Assembly: GCA_948530865.1 (NCBI GenBank)
Contig: CAOTKV010000004.1
Coordinates: 76,259 to 108,258 of the forward strand
Source of the DNA: an uncultured Clostridia bacterium
Lineage (GTDB): Bacteria > Bacillota > Clostridia > TANB77 > CAG-508
DNA length: 32,000 nucleotides
Direction: 5' to 3'
This document shows positions 9,907 to 19,598 of the stretch, piece by piece. The notes under the pieces were generated by a model. It worked only from the letters and a program-made list of their open reading frames with translations. It ran no database searches and was not told where the DNA came from. Position 1 is the first letter of the stretch. Every line of letters starts with the position of its first letter. Made by a program: the position numbers and the translations under genes.

Positions 9907-10152
9907 ATGTATTTACATGTTGGAGATGAAAGATTAATACATAATGAAGAAATAATTGGAATTTTTAATATGCAATATATAAAAAATACAAGAGAATATA
10001 AATCTATGTATAAAGATTTAGAAGAAAATGATAATATAATTGATTTATCTGAAGGTGAAGGAAAATCATTTATTCTAGTTGAAAAAAATAAAGAAAAAAA
10101 AGGTTATGTAGCTAAAATAGGTGCTAATACTATTTTAAAAAGATTGATATAA
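9907..10152 (+). CDS. remB: DUF370 protein (YaaB/RemB family)
   Basis: MYLHVGDERLIHNEEIIGIFN... closely parallels the B. subtilis YaaB start MYIHLGDDFVV...DIVGIFD. It holds the conserved position between recF and gyrB. ATG 9907 is preferred over track start 9859, which overlaps recF. Confidence 0.8.
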   Translation: MYLHVGDERLIHNEEIIGIFNMQYIKNTREYKSMYKDLEENDNIIDLSEGEGKSFILVEKNKEKKGYVAKIGANTILKRLI

Positions 10153-12108
<1,956 letters not shown>

Positions 12109-12122
12109 TTATATAAAATGAT

Positions 12123-12156
12123 AAAGCCATAAAGATAATATCTTTATGGCTTTTTA
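12123..12156 (+). terminator. intrinsic terminator of gyrB
   Basis: Perfect 14-bp stem AAAGCCATAAAGAT/ATCTTTATGGCTTT (12123-12136 / 12040+100..12153 i.e. 12140-12153) with the 3-nt loop AAT, running into a T run to 12155. Confidence 0.8.
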
Positions 12157-12491
12157 TCATCGATAAAACTTATATTAACTTTCAGCTAAAACCTATATAC
12201 ATAGTAGTTTGACCTATTGCATATTGCTATACAAAAAAGCCATATACAACATATATAGATCCGTTGCTAGATTGTTAATCCACTCTAAGAATCTATATTC
12301 ATCCATAAAGGACTATAAATAAACCCTTTCAAATAAAAGAACAATCATGACTTCAAATATATTATATACTGTATTAACCTCTTACAATTTAATAATAAAT
12401 TTTTAAAGCTAATATAGCAAATAATATACTCCTTGTTTCCAACATAAGATACTAGAATGATCATTCAAATATCTTACATCTTCACTCGAAC

Positions 12492-12569
12492 TTCAATTAC
12501 TAATATTTAATTCTATATATAAAAACACGTGAGGCTTTTATATATACAAATTAAACACTAATAATTGAA
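12492..12569 (-). repeat. long imperfect inverted repeat (about 33-bp hairpin) in a 530-bp non-coding region
   Basis: The arms are 12492-12524 and 12536-12569, with an 11-nt loop ACACGTGAGGC containing the palindrome CACGTG. All four mismatches are A.C or C.A on the plus strand (12500/12561, 12503/12558, 12505/12556, 12513/12548). On a minus-strand RNA each becomes a G.U wobble. Confidence 0.6.
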
Positions 12570-12695
12570 CTCTAAGTTAGGCTAATATAAATTTTATAAT
12601 AGTATTATGAGCAAATTTGAAGAAAATATTCAAAAAAATATTAGGAAAAATTTTACAATTTATAAAATAAAAAATAAGAAGGTTTATAAAAAGTA

Positions 12696-12724
12696 TTGAC
12701 AGCTATTAAAAATTGTTGTAATAT
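12696..12724 (+). promoter_or_regulatory. sigma-A type promoter of the virB4-parA-like operon
   Basis: TTGACA 12696-12701, a 17-nt spacer, then TAATAT 12719-12724. Confidence 0.6.
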
Positions 12725-12742
12725 ATTAATCAATCAAAGGGG

Positions 12743-12774
12743 CGTGAAAATTAATTTTTTCACGTTCTTTTTTT
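12743..12774 (+). terminator. terminator-like hairpin in the 5' leader (attenuator or operator)
   Basis: Stem CGTGAAAA/TTTTCACG (12743-12750 / 12757-12764) with the loop TTAATT, followed by TTCTTTTTTT (12765-12774). It starts about 12 nt downstream of the predicted TSS and ends just before the SD AAAGGAGAGG (12776-12785). Confidence 0.5.
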
Positions 12775-12791
12775 GAAAGGAGAGGATAAAA

Positions 12792-13364
12792 ATAAAAAAA
12801 GAAAAGAGTACGCAAGAATGGCTACCTTTTGATAAAATTTTAGAGAATGGAATTATTATTAGAGAAAAAGTATATATAAAGATTATAAAAGTAATTCCAA
12901 TCAACTATGATTTAAAATCTAATTTAGAGAAAGAAGCAATTTTAAATTCTTATAAACTATTTTTAAAAACATGTGATTTTAACATTCAAATACTTATTCA
13001 AAGTAAAAAAGAAAATCTATCAAAACATTTTTCAAATCTTAAAGAAATTTCCAAAAAAGAAAATAATAAAAAAATTAAAGAAATATCAGAAAAATATATG
13101 AATTTTATAAAAACAAAAAATGAAGAAAATAAATCATCTTCCAAAAACTTTTATATAATAGTAAAATTCGAACCAGAAAATCAAAATAAAGAATATGAAG
13201 AAATTAATTTTATGAAAACAATGGCAAATAATTATTTAAGTGAAAGCTATTTTAAAATAAAAGATTCTTTGTCAAGATGTGGTAATTTAGTCTATGATTT
13301 AAACACTAAAAAAGAAATAGAAAAAGTTTTAATATCTTTTTTTGAAAATCAAATAATGGAATAA
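12792..13364 (+). CDS. N-terminal domain of a VirB4-family (TcpF/PrgJ/TrsE-like) conjugation ATPase, as a separate ORF with no canonical start codon
   Basis: The frame is open from 12777 to the TAA at 13362-13364 and reads (I)KKEKSTQEWLPFDKILENGIIIREKVYIKIIKVIPINYDLKSNLEKEAILNSYKLFLKTCDFNIQILIQS... This pattern is typical of the N-terminus of Firmicute VirB4 homologues. There is no in-frame ATG/GTG/TTG before 13098. The only start candidate is ATA 12792, 6 nt after the strong SD. The track ORF 13098-13364 is just the tail of this frame. Confidence 0.55.
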   Translation: MKKEKSTQEWLPFDKILENGIIIREKVYIKIIKVIPINYDLKSNLEKEAILNSYKLFLKTCDFNIQILIQSKKENLSKHFSNLKEISKKENNKKIKEISEKYMNFIKTKNEENKSSSKNFYIIVKFEPENQNKEYEEINFMKTMANNYLSESYFKIKDSLSRCGNLVYDLNTKKEIEKVLISFFENQIME

Positions 13365-13419
13365 AGGAGGAATATGTATAAAAAATTTTTATGAAGGTAT
13401 TTTAAGTATAAAAGACAAA

Positions 13420-15138
13420 ATGGCACCAAGTTACATAAATAACAAAAATCCAAAGTACTTAGAAATAGATGGAAAATTTTATAGTGGTATACTAATAATT
13501 GATTATTATAGAGAATATAGTGAAATAATTTTCAAAAACATTATAAATACAAATGTAAATATGAATATATCAATATTTTATGAAAAACAAGACACTTATA
13601 AAACAATAAAGGAATTAACTTATTTTATTGGTAATGTTGGTGTTGATTTAAAGTCTGGTAATACTAATAGAGAAGACATTGATATTGCTGCATATACTTA
13701 CAATGATGCGAAATATATTAGAAAAGAAATGCAAGTAAACAATGAAGAAATGTATTTTCTTTATACATATATAGATATTATAGGTGAAAGTGAAAAGGAA
13801 GTAGAAAGAAATATAAACAAGATTGAAGGAATATTACAGGCTTCAGGAATGATGACAAGAAAAGCTAATTTTAGAGAAGAACAAATCTATTTTTCTTGTC
13901 TACCACTAATGATAAATAACAAAGATATAAAAGAAATTTCGCGAAGAAATATTTTAGGAAGTGGTTTAATTTCAACCTATCCATTTATATCTTCAAATAT
14001 TTGTGATGAGAATGGAATCTTTATAGGAACTAATATTTATAATAATTCTATGATTTTAATTGATAGATTTAATAAAGAAAAATACAAGAATGCAAATATG
14101 TGTATATTTGGGACAAGTGGTGCTGGAAAATCATTTTATACAAAGTTATTAATTTTAAGGTATAGAATTTATGGTTTGGAACAATACATTATTGATCCAG
14201 AAAGAGAATATAATAATATTTGCCAAAACTTAGATGGAATATGTATTAAATTTGGGCCTAGTTCTGAATCTTATATAAATATTTTAGATATAAGAGAAGA
14301 TTGTATTGAAGAAGAAAAGGGTTTTTTAACTACAAAAATAGGAAAATTAAGGGGATTCTTTAGCTTAGTTTTTGGTGAATTAGATGAAGAGAATGTTGCT
14401 ATGTTAGAAGAAAAATTAATAGAAATGTATAGGGAAAAGTCTATTACTTTTGATGATGAATCTTTATATAAAATAAAAGATAATACAAAAGTATTTAAAG
14501 AAAGTAAAGATATGCCTATATTAGAAGATTTATATAAAGTTTTAGAAAAAGATGAAAAAACGGAATTTTTTAAGAGAAAATTATATCCATTTATATTTGG
14601 TTCTTTAAAATTTTTGAATAATTATACAAATGTAGAATTAGAAAACAAGTTAATTGTTGGAGATATATATGAACTCGGAGAAGAAAATTTGAAATATGGA
14701 ATGTATATTTTTACAGATTTATTTTGGGATAAGATAAAAAAAGATAGGAATAAAAATAAAGCTATATATATGGATGAAATTTGGAGATTAATAGGTGTTA
14801 CATCAAATAAATTTGTAGCAAGCTTTATTTATAAAATATTTAAAACAATAAGGAAGTATGGAGGAAGTGCTGTTGCAATAACACAAGATGTTTCAGATTT
14901 ATTTAGTTTGAATAATGGTGCTTATGGTAAAAGCATATTAAATAATTCAAGTATAAAATCATTTTTTTCTTTAGAGGAAGAAAATATATTAGTTTTAGAA
15001 AAATATGCAAATATTTCTGAAAAAGAAAAAATAGAAATTAAATCTTTAAAAAGAGGCGAAAGCTTAATGTTTATAGGAGATAATCATATATTAGCAAGAA
15101 TAGATAGTTCAGAAGATGAAAAAGAGGTGATAAATTAA
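13420..15138 (+). CDS. VirB4-family type IV secretion ATPase, ATPase portion
   Basis: Walker A GTSGAGKS (nt 14110-14133), Walker B-like AIYMDEIWRL and the AITQDVSDL motif. The N-terminus (...APSYINNKNPKYLEIDGKFYSGILIIDYY) is colinear with the middle of full-length VirB4 proteins. The frame is actually open from 13357. SD AAAGGAGG (13363-13370) and ATG 13374 are one nucleotide out of frame. Confidence 0.85.
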   Translation: MAPSYINNKNPKYLEIDGKFYSGILIIDYYREYSEIIFKNIINTNVNMNISIFYEKQDTYKTIKELTYFIGNVGVDLKSGNTNREDIDIAAYTYNDAKYIRKEMQVNNEEMYFLYTYIDIIGESEKEVERNINKIEGILQASGMMTRKANFREEQIYFSCLPLMINNKDIKEISRRNILGSGLISTYPFISSNICDENGIFIGTNIYNNSMILIDRFNKEKYKNANMCIFGTSGAGKSFYTKLLILRYRIYGLEQYIIDPEREYNNICQNLDGICIKFGPSSESYINILDIREDCIEEEKGFLTTKIGKLRGFFSLVFGELDEENVAMLEEKLIEMYREKSITFDDESLYKIKDNTKVFKESKDMPILEDLYKVLEKDEKTEFFKRKLYPFIFGSLKFLNNYTNVELENKLIVGDIYELGEENLKYGMYIFTDLFWDKIKKDRNKNKAIYMDEIWRLIGVTSNKFVASFIYKIFKTIRKYGGSAVAITQDVSDLFSLNNGAYGKSILNNSSIKSFFSLEEENILVLEKYANISEKEKIEIKSLKRGESLMFIGDNHILARIDSSEDEKEVIN

Positions 15139-15139
15139 T

Positions 15140-16231
15140 ATGAAAGTAATTACAGCAATAGGAATACCAGAGATTAATAAAAGATTAAAAAATGAAAATA
15201 TATATGAAGTTATTGGAAGAGATATTCAGTATCAAGAAGGAATTATTGAAGTATTAGAAGAAAGAGAAGATATTGAAGGATTAATTATAAGTAATATTTT
15301 ACCAGAAGAAGTAGAATTTAAAGAATTAATTTACAAAATATTAGAGATTGCTTCTAAAATAGAAATAATAGTTTTTTTAAAAGAAAAAAATGAAGAAATA
15401 GAAATGTTTTTAAATAGCCAAAAAATATATAAAATATATTATTTAAATGATTATGAACAATTTTTTATGAGTTTTAAAAAGTCTAATTTATCTAAAGAAG
15501 ATATTTCTAAAAGCATAGAAGACTTTAAAAAAATAATATTAAAAAATCCATTAAAAGAATTTAATAAAGAAAAAAATATGAATGAAAAAAGTATTTTGTC
15601 AAGAGGTAAGATAATATCAATTACAGGTGTTTTTGGGACTGGAAAGAGTATAATATCAATAATTATAGCAAAGTACTTAAGTAAAAATAGAAAAGTACTT
15701 TTAATAGATTCAGATTATTTTAATTGTAGTATAAATACTATATTAGGAACAAGTAACAATAAAAATAGTATATATAAATATAATGAAAATTTATCAATAT
15801 TATTTTTAGAAGAGAATTATTTTTATAGTTATGAAAATATTAATCAATTATTTGTAAAAATAAAGGAAGAATTTGACTTTATAATAATAGATACTTCATC
15901 AAATTTAGAAATTGATAAAAATAGATTTATATTAAGTAATTCTTCCAAAGTAATAACTCTAATAGAACCTAATTTATCAGAAGTAAAGAAATCAAATATA
16001 TTTTTAGAAAAAATTATAAGAGATTTTGAGATAGACATTTCTAAGGTAAATATAATTTTTAATAAAATAAACAAATATAAAATATCTAAAAGAATACTAA
16101 AAGAAATATATTCAGAAATTAATATTCTTGGAGAAATCGAATATAGCGAAAAATACAATTTAATAATAAATAAAAATATTTTTAAAGATCAAAACATATA
16201 TGAAGATATTTTTCAAAAATTATTAGAATAG
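15140..16231 (+). CDS. ParA/MinD/CpaE(TadZ)-like P-loop ATPase with an N-terminal receiver-like domain
   Basis: 363 aa. The C-terminal half has ITGVFGTGKSIISIIIAKYL, VLLIDSDYFN and FDFIIIDTSS (MinD/ParA-type Walker A, A' and B). The N-terminal ~130 aa has an alternating beta/alpha pattern resembling a pseudo-receiver. The start lies 1 nt after the virB4 stop. Confidence 0.65.
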   Translation: MKVITAIGIPEINKRLKNENIYEVIGRDIQYQEGIIEVLEEREDIEGLIISNILPEEVEFKELIYKILEIASKIEIIVFLKEKNEEIEMFLNSQKIYKIYYLNDYEQFFMSFKKSNLSKEDISKSIEDFKKIILKNPLKEFNKEKNMNEKSILSRGKIISITGVFGTGKSIISIIIAKYLSKNRKVLLIDSDYFNCSINTILGTSNNKNSIYKYNENLSILFLEENYFYSYENINQLFVKIKEEFDFIIIDTSSNLEIDKNRFILSNSSKVITLIEPNLSEVKKSNIFLEKIIRDFEIDISKVNIIFNKINKYKISKRILKEIYSEINILGEIEYSEKYNLIINKNIFKDQNIYEDIFQKLLE

Positions 16232-16238
16232 GAGTAAT

Positions 16239-16955
16239 ATGAATAATTTAGAAGTAGAAAATGAAGTTAATAAATATGAAATAAGTTTATATGATAAGCA
16301 AAAGAATTTTATAGAAACGGATTTAGGAAAAACAATAAATGCAGGTTTGGATATTGGAATAAAAGCATTATTACCAAATTTAATAGAAAATCAAGTAATC
16401 TCTATAAAAAATGCAATTATAGAACAAGGGTTTAAAAGTGGAATAAAGGAAACTATAAATTCCTGTTTAGATGTTGGAAAAAGTATTTCTGGAGTTGTAA
16501 CTGGAAATTTTGAAAATATTTCACAAGTTCAATTAGCAGTAAAAAGTGGAGGTGTTTTAGATACTATATCCAAAATATTAGATATGGCTATAAATTTGGC
16601 CAAAAGTAAGAATTTAATAAGTAATAATATTTCTAAAATTTTAAAACAAGGAAAAAATACAATCATAAGTTCCATAAGTGACAAAATAGAAGAAACTCTT
16701 TCAGAACAATTAAAAGCGGTCGAAAAATTAGAAAAATATTGTGAAAATTGGGGTAAAGCTTACGGAAATCAAGATTTTTTAAATATGGAAAAAGCATATA
16801 AAAATATAGAAAATTATTTAAATAAAACAATACCTTTGGAAAATACAATAAAAGAGGCAAGGAAGATTGAAAATATACATAATCTTATAAAAAATAATGG
16901 AAAAAACTTTAATATTTCGCCAGAAGAAAAGACTTTAGCAGAAAAATTAATATAA
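16239..16955 (+). CDS. hypothetical 238-aa protein, predicted helical, no recognised family
   Basis: SD TAGGAG lies 5 nt upstream of the ATG. It is co-oriented and tightly spaced with the preceding gene. I see no TM segment and no known motif. Confidence 0.55.
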   Translation: MNNLEVENEVNKYEISLYDKQKNFIETDLGKTINAGLDIGIKALLPNLIENQVISIKNAIIEQGFKSGIKETINSCLDVGKSISGVVTGNFENISQVQLAVKSGGVLDTISKILDMAINLAKSKNLISNNISKILKQGKNTIISSISDKIEETLSEQLKAVEKLEKYCENWGKAYGNQDFLNMEKAYKNIENYLNKTIPLENTIKEARKIENIHNLIKNNGKNFNISPEEKTLAEKLI

Positions 16956-16994
16956 ATTTAAATGTTATTTTTTTATAAAAAAGCCCCTTTTTTC

Positions 16995-17024
16995 TTGCTT
17001 TTTTGGTTATATTTATTATATAAT
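16995..17024 (+). promoter_or_regulatory. candidate gyrA promoter
   Basis: TTGCTT 16995-17000, an 18-nt spacer, then TATAAT 17019-17024. Only a weak A/T hairpin (AAAAAAG-CCC-CTTTTTT, about 16975-16991) separates it from the upstream operon. Confidence 0.35.
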
Positions 17025-17060
17025 GCAAGTGTATAAAAATCGAAGAAAAGAGGTTAATGA

Positions 17061-19502
17061 ATGGAAAGGCAAGATGAAAGAATAATCGAAAGAAATATTG
17101 AAGCAGAAATGAAAACAGCATATATAGATTATGCAATGAGTGTTATAGTTTCACGTGCTTTACCAGATGTTAGAGACGGTTTAAAACCTGTTCATAGAAG
17201 AATTCTTTATTCTATGCATGAAGATGGAATAACATCAGATAAGCCATATAGAAAATGTGCTAACACAGTTGGATCTGTTTTAGGAAGATATCATCCACAC
17301 GGAGATTCTTCAGTATATGATGCAATGGTTAGACTTGCTCAAGATTTTTCAATGAGATATATGTTAATAGATGGACATGGAAACTTTGGTTCAATAGATG
17401 GCGATGGTGCAGCTGCAATGAGGTACACAGAATCTAGAATGTCAAAAATTGCAGAGCAAATGTTAGTTGATATTGAAAAAAATACTGTTGATTTCATGCC
17501 AAACTATGATGATAGATTACAAGAACCAACAGTTCTACCTTCAAAAATACCAGCATTATTAGTAAATGGTTCATCAGGAATTGCTGTAGGTATGGCAACA
17601 AATATACCACCACATAATTTAACAGAAATTATAGATGGAACAATAAAAGTTATAGACAATCCTGATACTACAAATGAAGAATTAATGGAAGTTGTAAAAG
17701 GTCCAGATTTTCCAACAGGAGCTATGATTCTTGGAAAAGAGGGTATAAGAGATGCGTATACAACGGGTAGAGGAAAAATTATTGTAAGAGCAGAAACAGA
17801 AATTGAAGAAATGTCTGGAAATAAACAAAGAATAATAGTTACATCTCTTCCATATCAAGTAAACAAAGCAAATTTAATTATAAAAATAGATCAATTAGTT
17901 AAAGATAGAAAAATTGAAGGAATTTCAGAAGTTAGAGACGAATCTGATAGAAAAGAAAGAGTTAGAATCGTTATAGAATTAAAAAGAGATGCAAGACCAC
18001 AAGTTATATTAAATCAATTATTCAAACACACACAAATGCAAGATACTTTTGGAGTTATAATGCTTGCTTTGGTTGATGGGCAACCAATTGAATTAACATT
18101 AAAACAATGTTTAGTAGAATATATCAAACATAGAAAAGAAGTCGTTTTAAGAAGAACAAAATTTGAGTTAGACAAAGCAGAAGCAAGAGCTCATATATTA
18201 GAAGGTTTAATTATTGCTATTGATAATATTGATGAAGTTATTAGAATAATTCGTGAGTCTTACGATGATGCAAAAGAAAGATTAATGGAAAGATTTAACC
18301 TTTCTGAAATTCAATCACAAGCTATCTTGGATATGCAATTAAAGAGATTACAAGGATTACAAAGAGAAAAACTAGAAGAAGAATATCAAGAATTAATGAG
18401 ATTGATTGCATATTATAAAGAAATATTAGCTAGTGAAACATTAGTATATGATATTATTAAAACAGAACTTATAGAAATAAGAGATAAATTTGGAGATGAA
18501 AGATTAACAAAAATTGCTCCAGCAGAAGGAGAGTTTGAAGAAGAAGACTTAATTAAAGAAGAGCAAGTTGTTATCACATTAACAAGATTTGGATATATTA
18601 AAAGATTACCAGTAGATACATATAAGAGCCAAAGAAGAGGTGGAAAAGGTATTACTGGAATGACAACAAAAGAAGGAGATTTTGTAAAAACAATATTCTC
18701 ATCTTCTTCACATGATACATTACTATTCTTTAGTAATAAAGGTAAAATGTACAGATTACGTGGATTTGAGATTCCAGAAGCTGGAAGAACAGCTAAAGGA
18801 ACAGCTATTGTTAATTTACTAAATCTTGAAGCAGGAGAAAAAATATCTGCTGTTATACCAATTCAAAACTTTGCAGATGGTAAATATTTATTAATGGGAA
18901 CAAAGAATGGTTTAATTAAGAAAACACCATTAAAAGAATATGATTCTAATAGAAAAAATGGTTTAATGGGAATTACATTAAAAGATGATGATGAATTAAT
19001 AGATGTTAGATTAACTGATGGCGAAGATAATGTTGTTTTAGTAACTAAAAAAGGTTTAAGTATAACATTTGACGAAAAAGATGTTAGACCAGTAGGTAGA
19101 ACTGCTCAAGGTGTTATAGGAATGAGAATAGATGATAATGATAGCGTTATAGGTATGGAACCAATTGTTAGTGGAAGCAATGCAACATTACTTGCTATTA
19201 CAGAAAACGGATTTGGAAAGAGAACAGAACTTGATGAATACAGAGTTCAAAATAGAGGTGGAAGAGGAGTTATAACATATAAAGTTACTCCAAAAACAGG
19301 TGAAATTGTAGGAATCAAGATTGTATCTGGAGTAGAAGATATAATGCTTTCAACAGATACAGGAACATTAATAAGATTAAAGTCTGGAGAAATAAGTGTT
19401 TTAGGAAGAGCAACACAAGGTGTTACCTTGATGAGAACAAATGAAGGTAAAGTTGTTAGTGTTGAAAAGATTGTTGAAGAAGACGATGATTATATAATCT
19501 AA
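17061..19502 (+). CDS. gyrA: DNA gyrase subunit A
   Basis: 813 aa with the hallmark AMSVIVSRALPDVRDGLKPVHRRILY, the QRDR-type HPHGDSSVYDAMVRLAQ and the active-site AAMRYTE. C-terminal beta-pinwheel repeats are present. Confidence 0.97.
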   Translation: MERQDERIIERNIEAEMKTAYIDYAMSVIVSRALPDVRDGLKPVHRRILYSMHEDGITSDKPYRKCANTVGSVLGRYHPHGDSSVYDAMVRLAQDFSMRYMLIDGHGNFGSIDGDGAAAMRYTESRMSKIAEQMLVDIEKNTVDFMPNYDDRLQEPTVLPSKIPALLVNGSSGIAVGMATNIPPHNLTEIIDGTIKVIDNPDTTNEELMEVVKGPDFPTGAMILGKEGIRDAYTTGRGKIIVRAETEIEEMSGNKQRIIVTSLPYQVNKANLIIKIDQLVKDRKIEGISEVRDESDRKERVRIVIELKRDARPQVILNQLFKHTQMQDTFGVIMLALVDGQPIELTLKQCLVEYIKHRKEVVLRRTKFELDKAEARAHILEGLIIAIDNIDEVIRIIRESYDDAKERLMERFNLSEIQSQAILDMQLKRLQGLQREKLEEEYQELMRLIAYYKEILASETLVYDIIKTELIEIRDKFGDERLTKIAPAEGEFEEEDLIKEEQVVITLTRFGYIKRLPVDTYKSQRRGGKGITGMTTKEGDFVKTIFSSSSHDTLLFFSNKGKMYRLRGFEIPEAGRTAKGTAIVNLLNLEAGEKISAVIPIQNFADGKYLLMGTKNGLIKKTPLKEYDSNRKNGLMGITLKDDDELIDVRLTDGEDNVVLVTKKGLSITFDEKDVRPVGRTAQGVIGMRIDDNDSVIGMEPIVSGSNATLLAITENGFGKRTELDEYRVQNRGGRGVITYKVTPKTGEIVGIKIVSGVEDIMLSTDTGTLIRLKSGEISVLGRATQGVTLMRTNEGKVVSVEKIVEEDDDYII

Positions 19503-19561
19503 AGTTAATAGAAAATTATTTGACAAAGAGTAACTTTAAGAATATTTATAAAAGAAAATAA

Positions 19562-19598
19562 AGAAAAAAGAAATCTGATTTTTCAGATTTCTTTTTTA
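19562..19598. terminator. bidirectional intrinsic terminator between convergent gyrA and the dnaC/dnaI-like gene
   Basis: Stem AGAAATCTG/CAGATTTCT (19569-19577 / 19584-19592), extended by A/T pairs, with A runs on the left and T runs on the right. It overlaps the TGA stop of the minus-strand gene. Confidence 0.75.

Noticed and set aside
12347-12700. Small plus-strand ORFs in the gyrB-virB4 gap: 19 aa from ATG 12347, 17 aa from ATG 12458, and a 30-aa very basic peptide from ATG 12608
   Set aside because: None has a Shine-Dalgarno sequence. They are short, and the last overlaps the -35 box of the operon promoter. They are most likely non-coding.
13098-13364. Stand-alone 88-aa ORF as listed in the track
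   Set aside because: Its frame is open back to 12777, and the upstream part carries the conserved VirB4 N-terminal pattern. The ATG at 13098 is internal with no SD. It is replaced by the 12792-13364 call.
16956-17060. A strong terminator isolating gyrA from the upstream T4SS module
   Set aside because: Only a 7-bp, almost all-A/U stem with a 3-nt loop (AAAAAAG-CCC-CTTTTTT) is present. That is too weak to call a terminator with confidence, so it is mentioned only as context.
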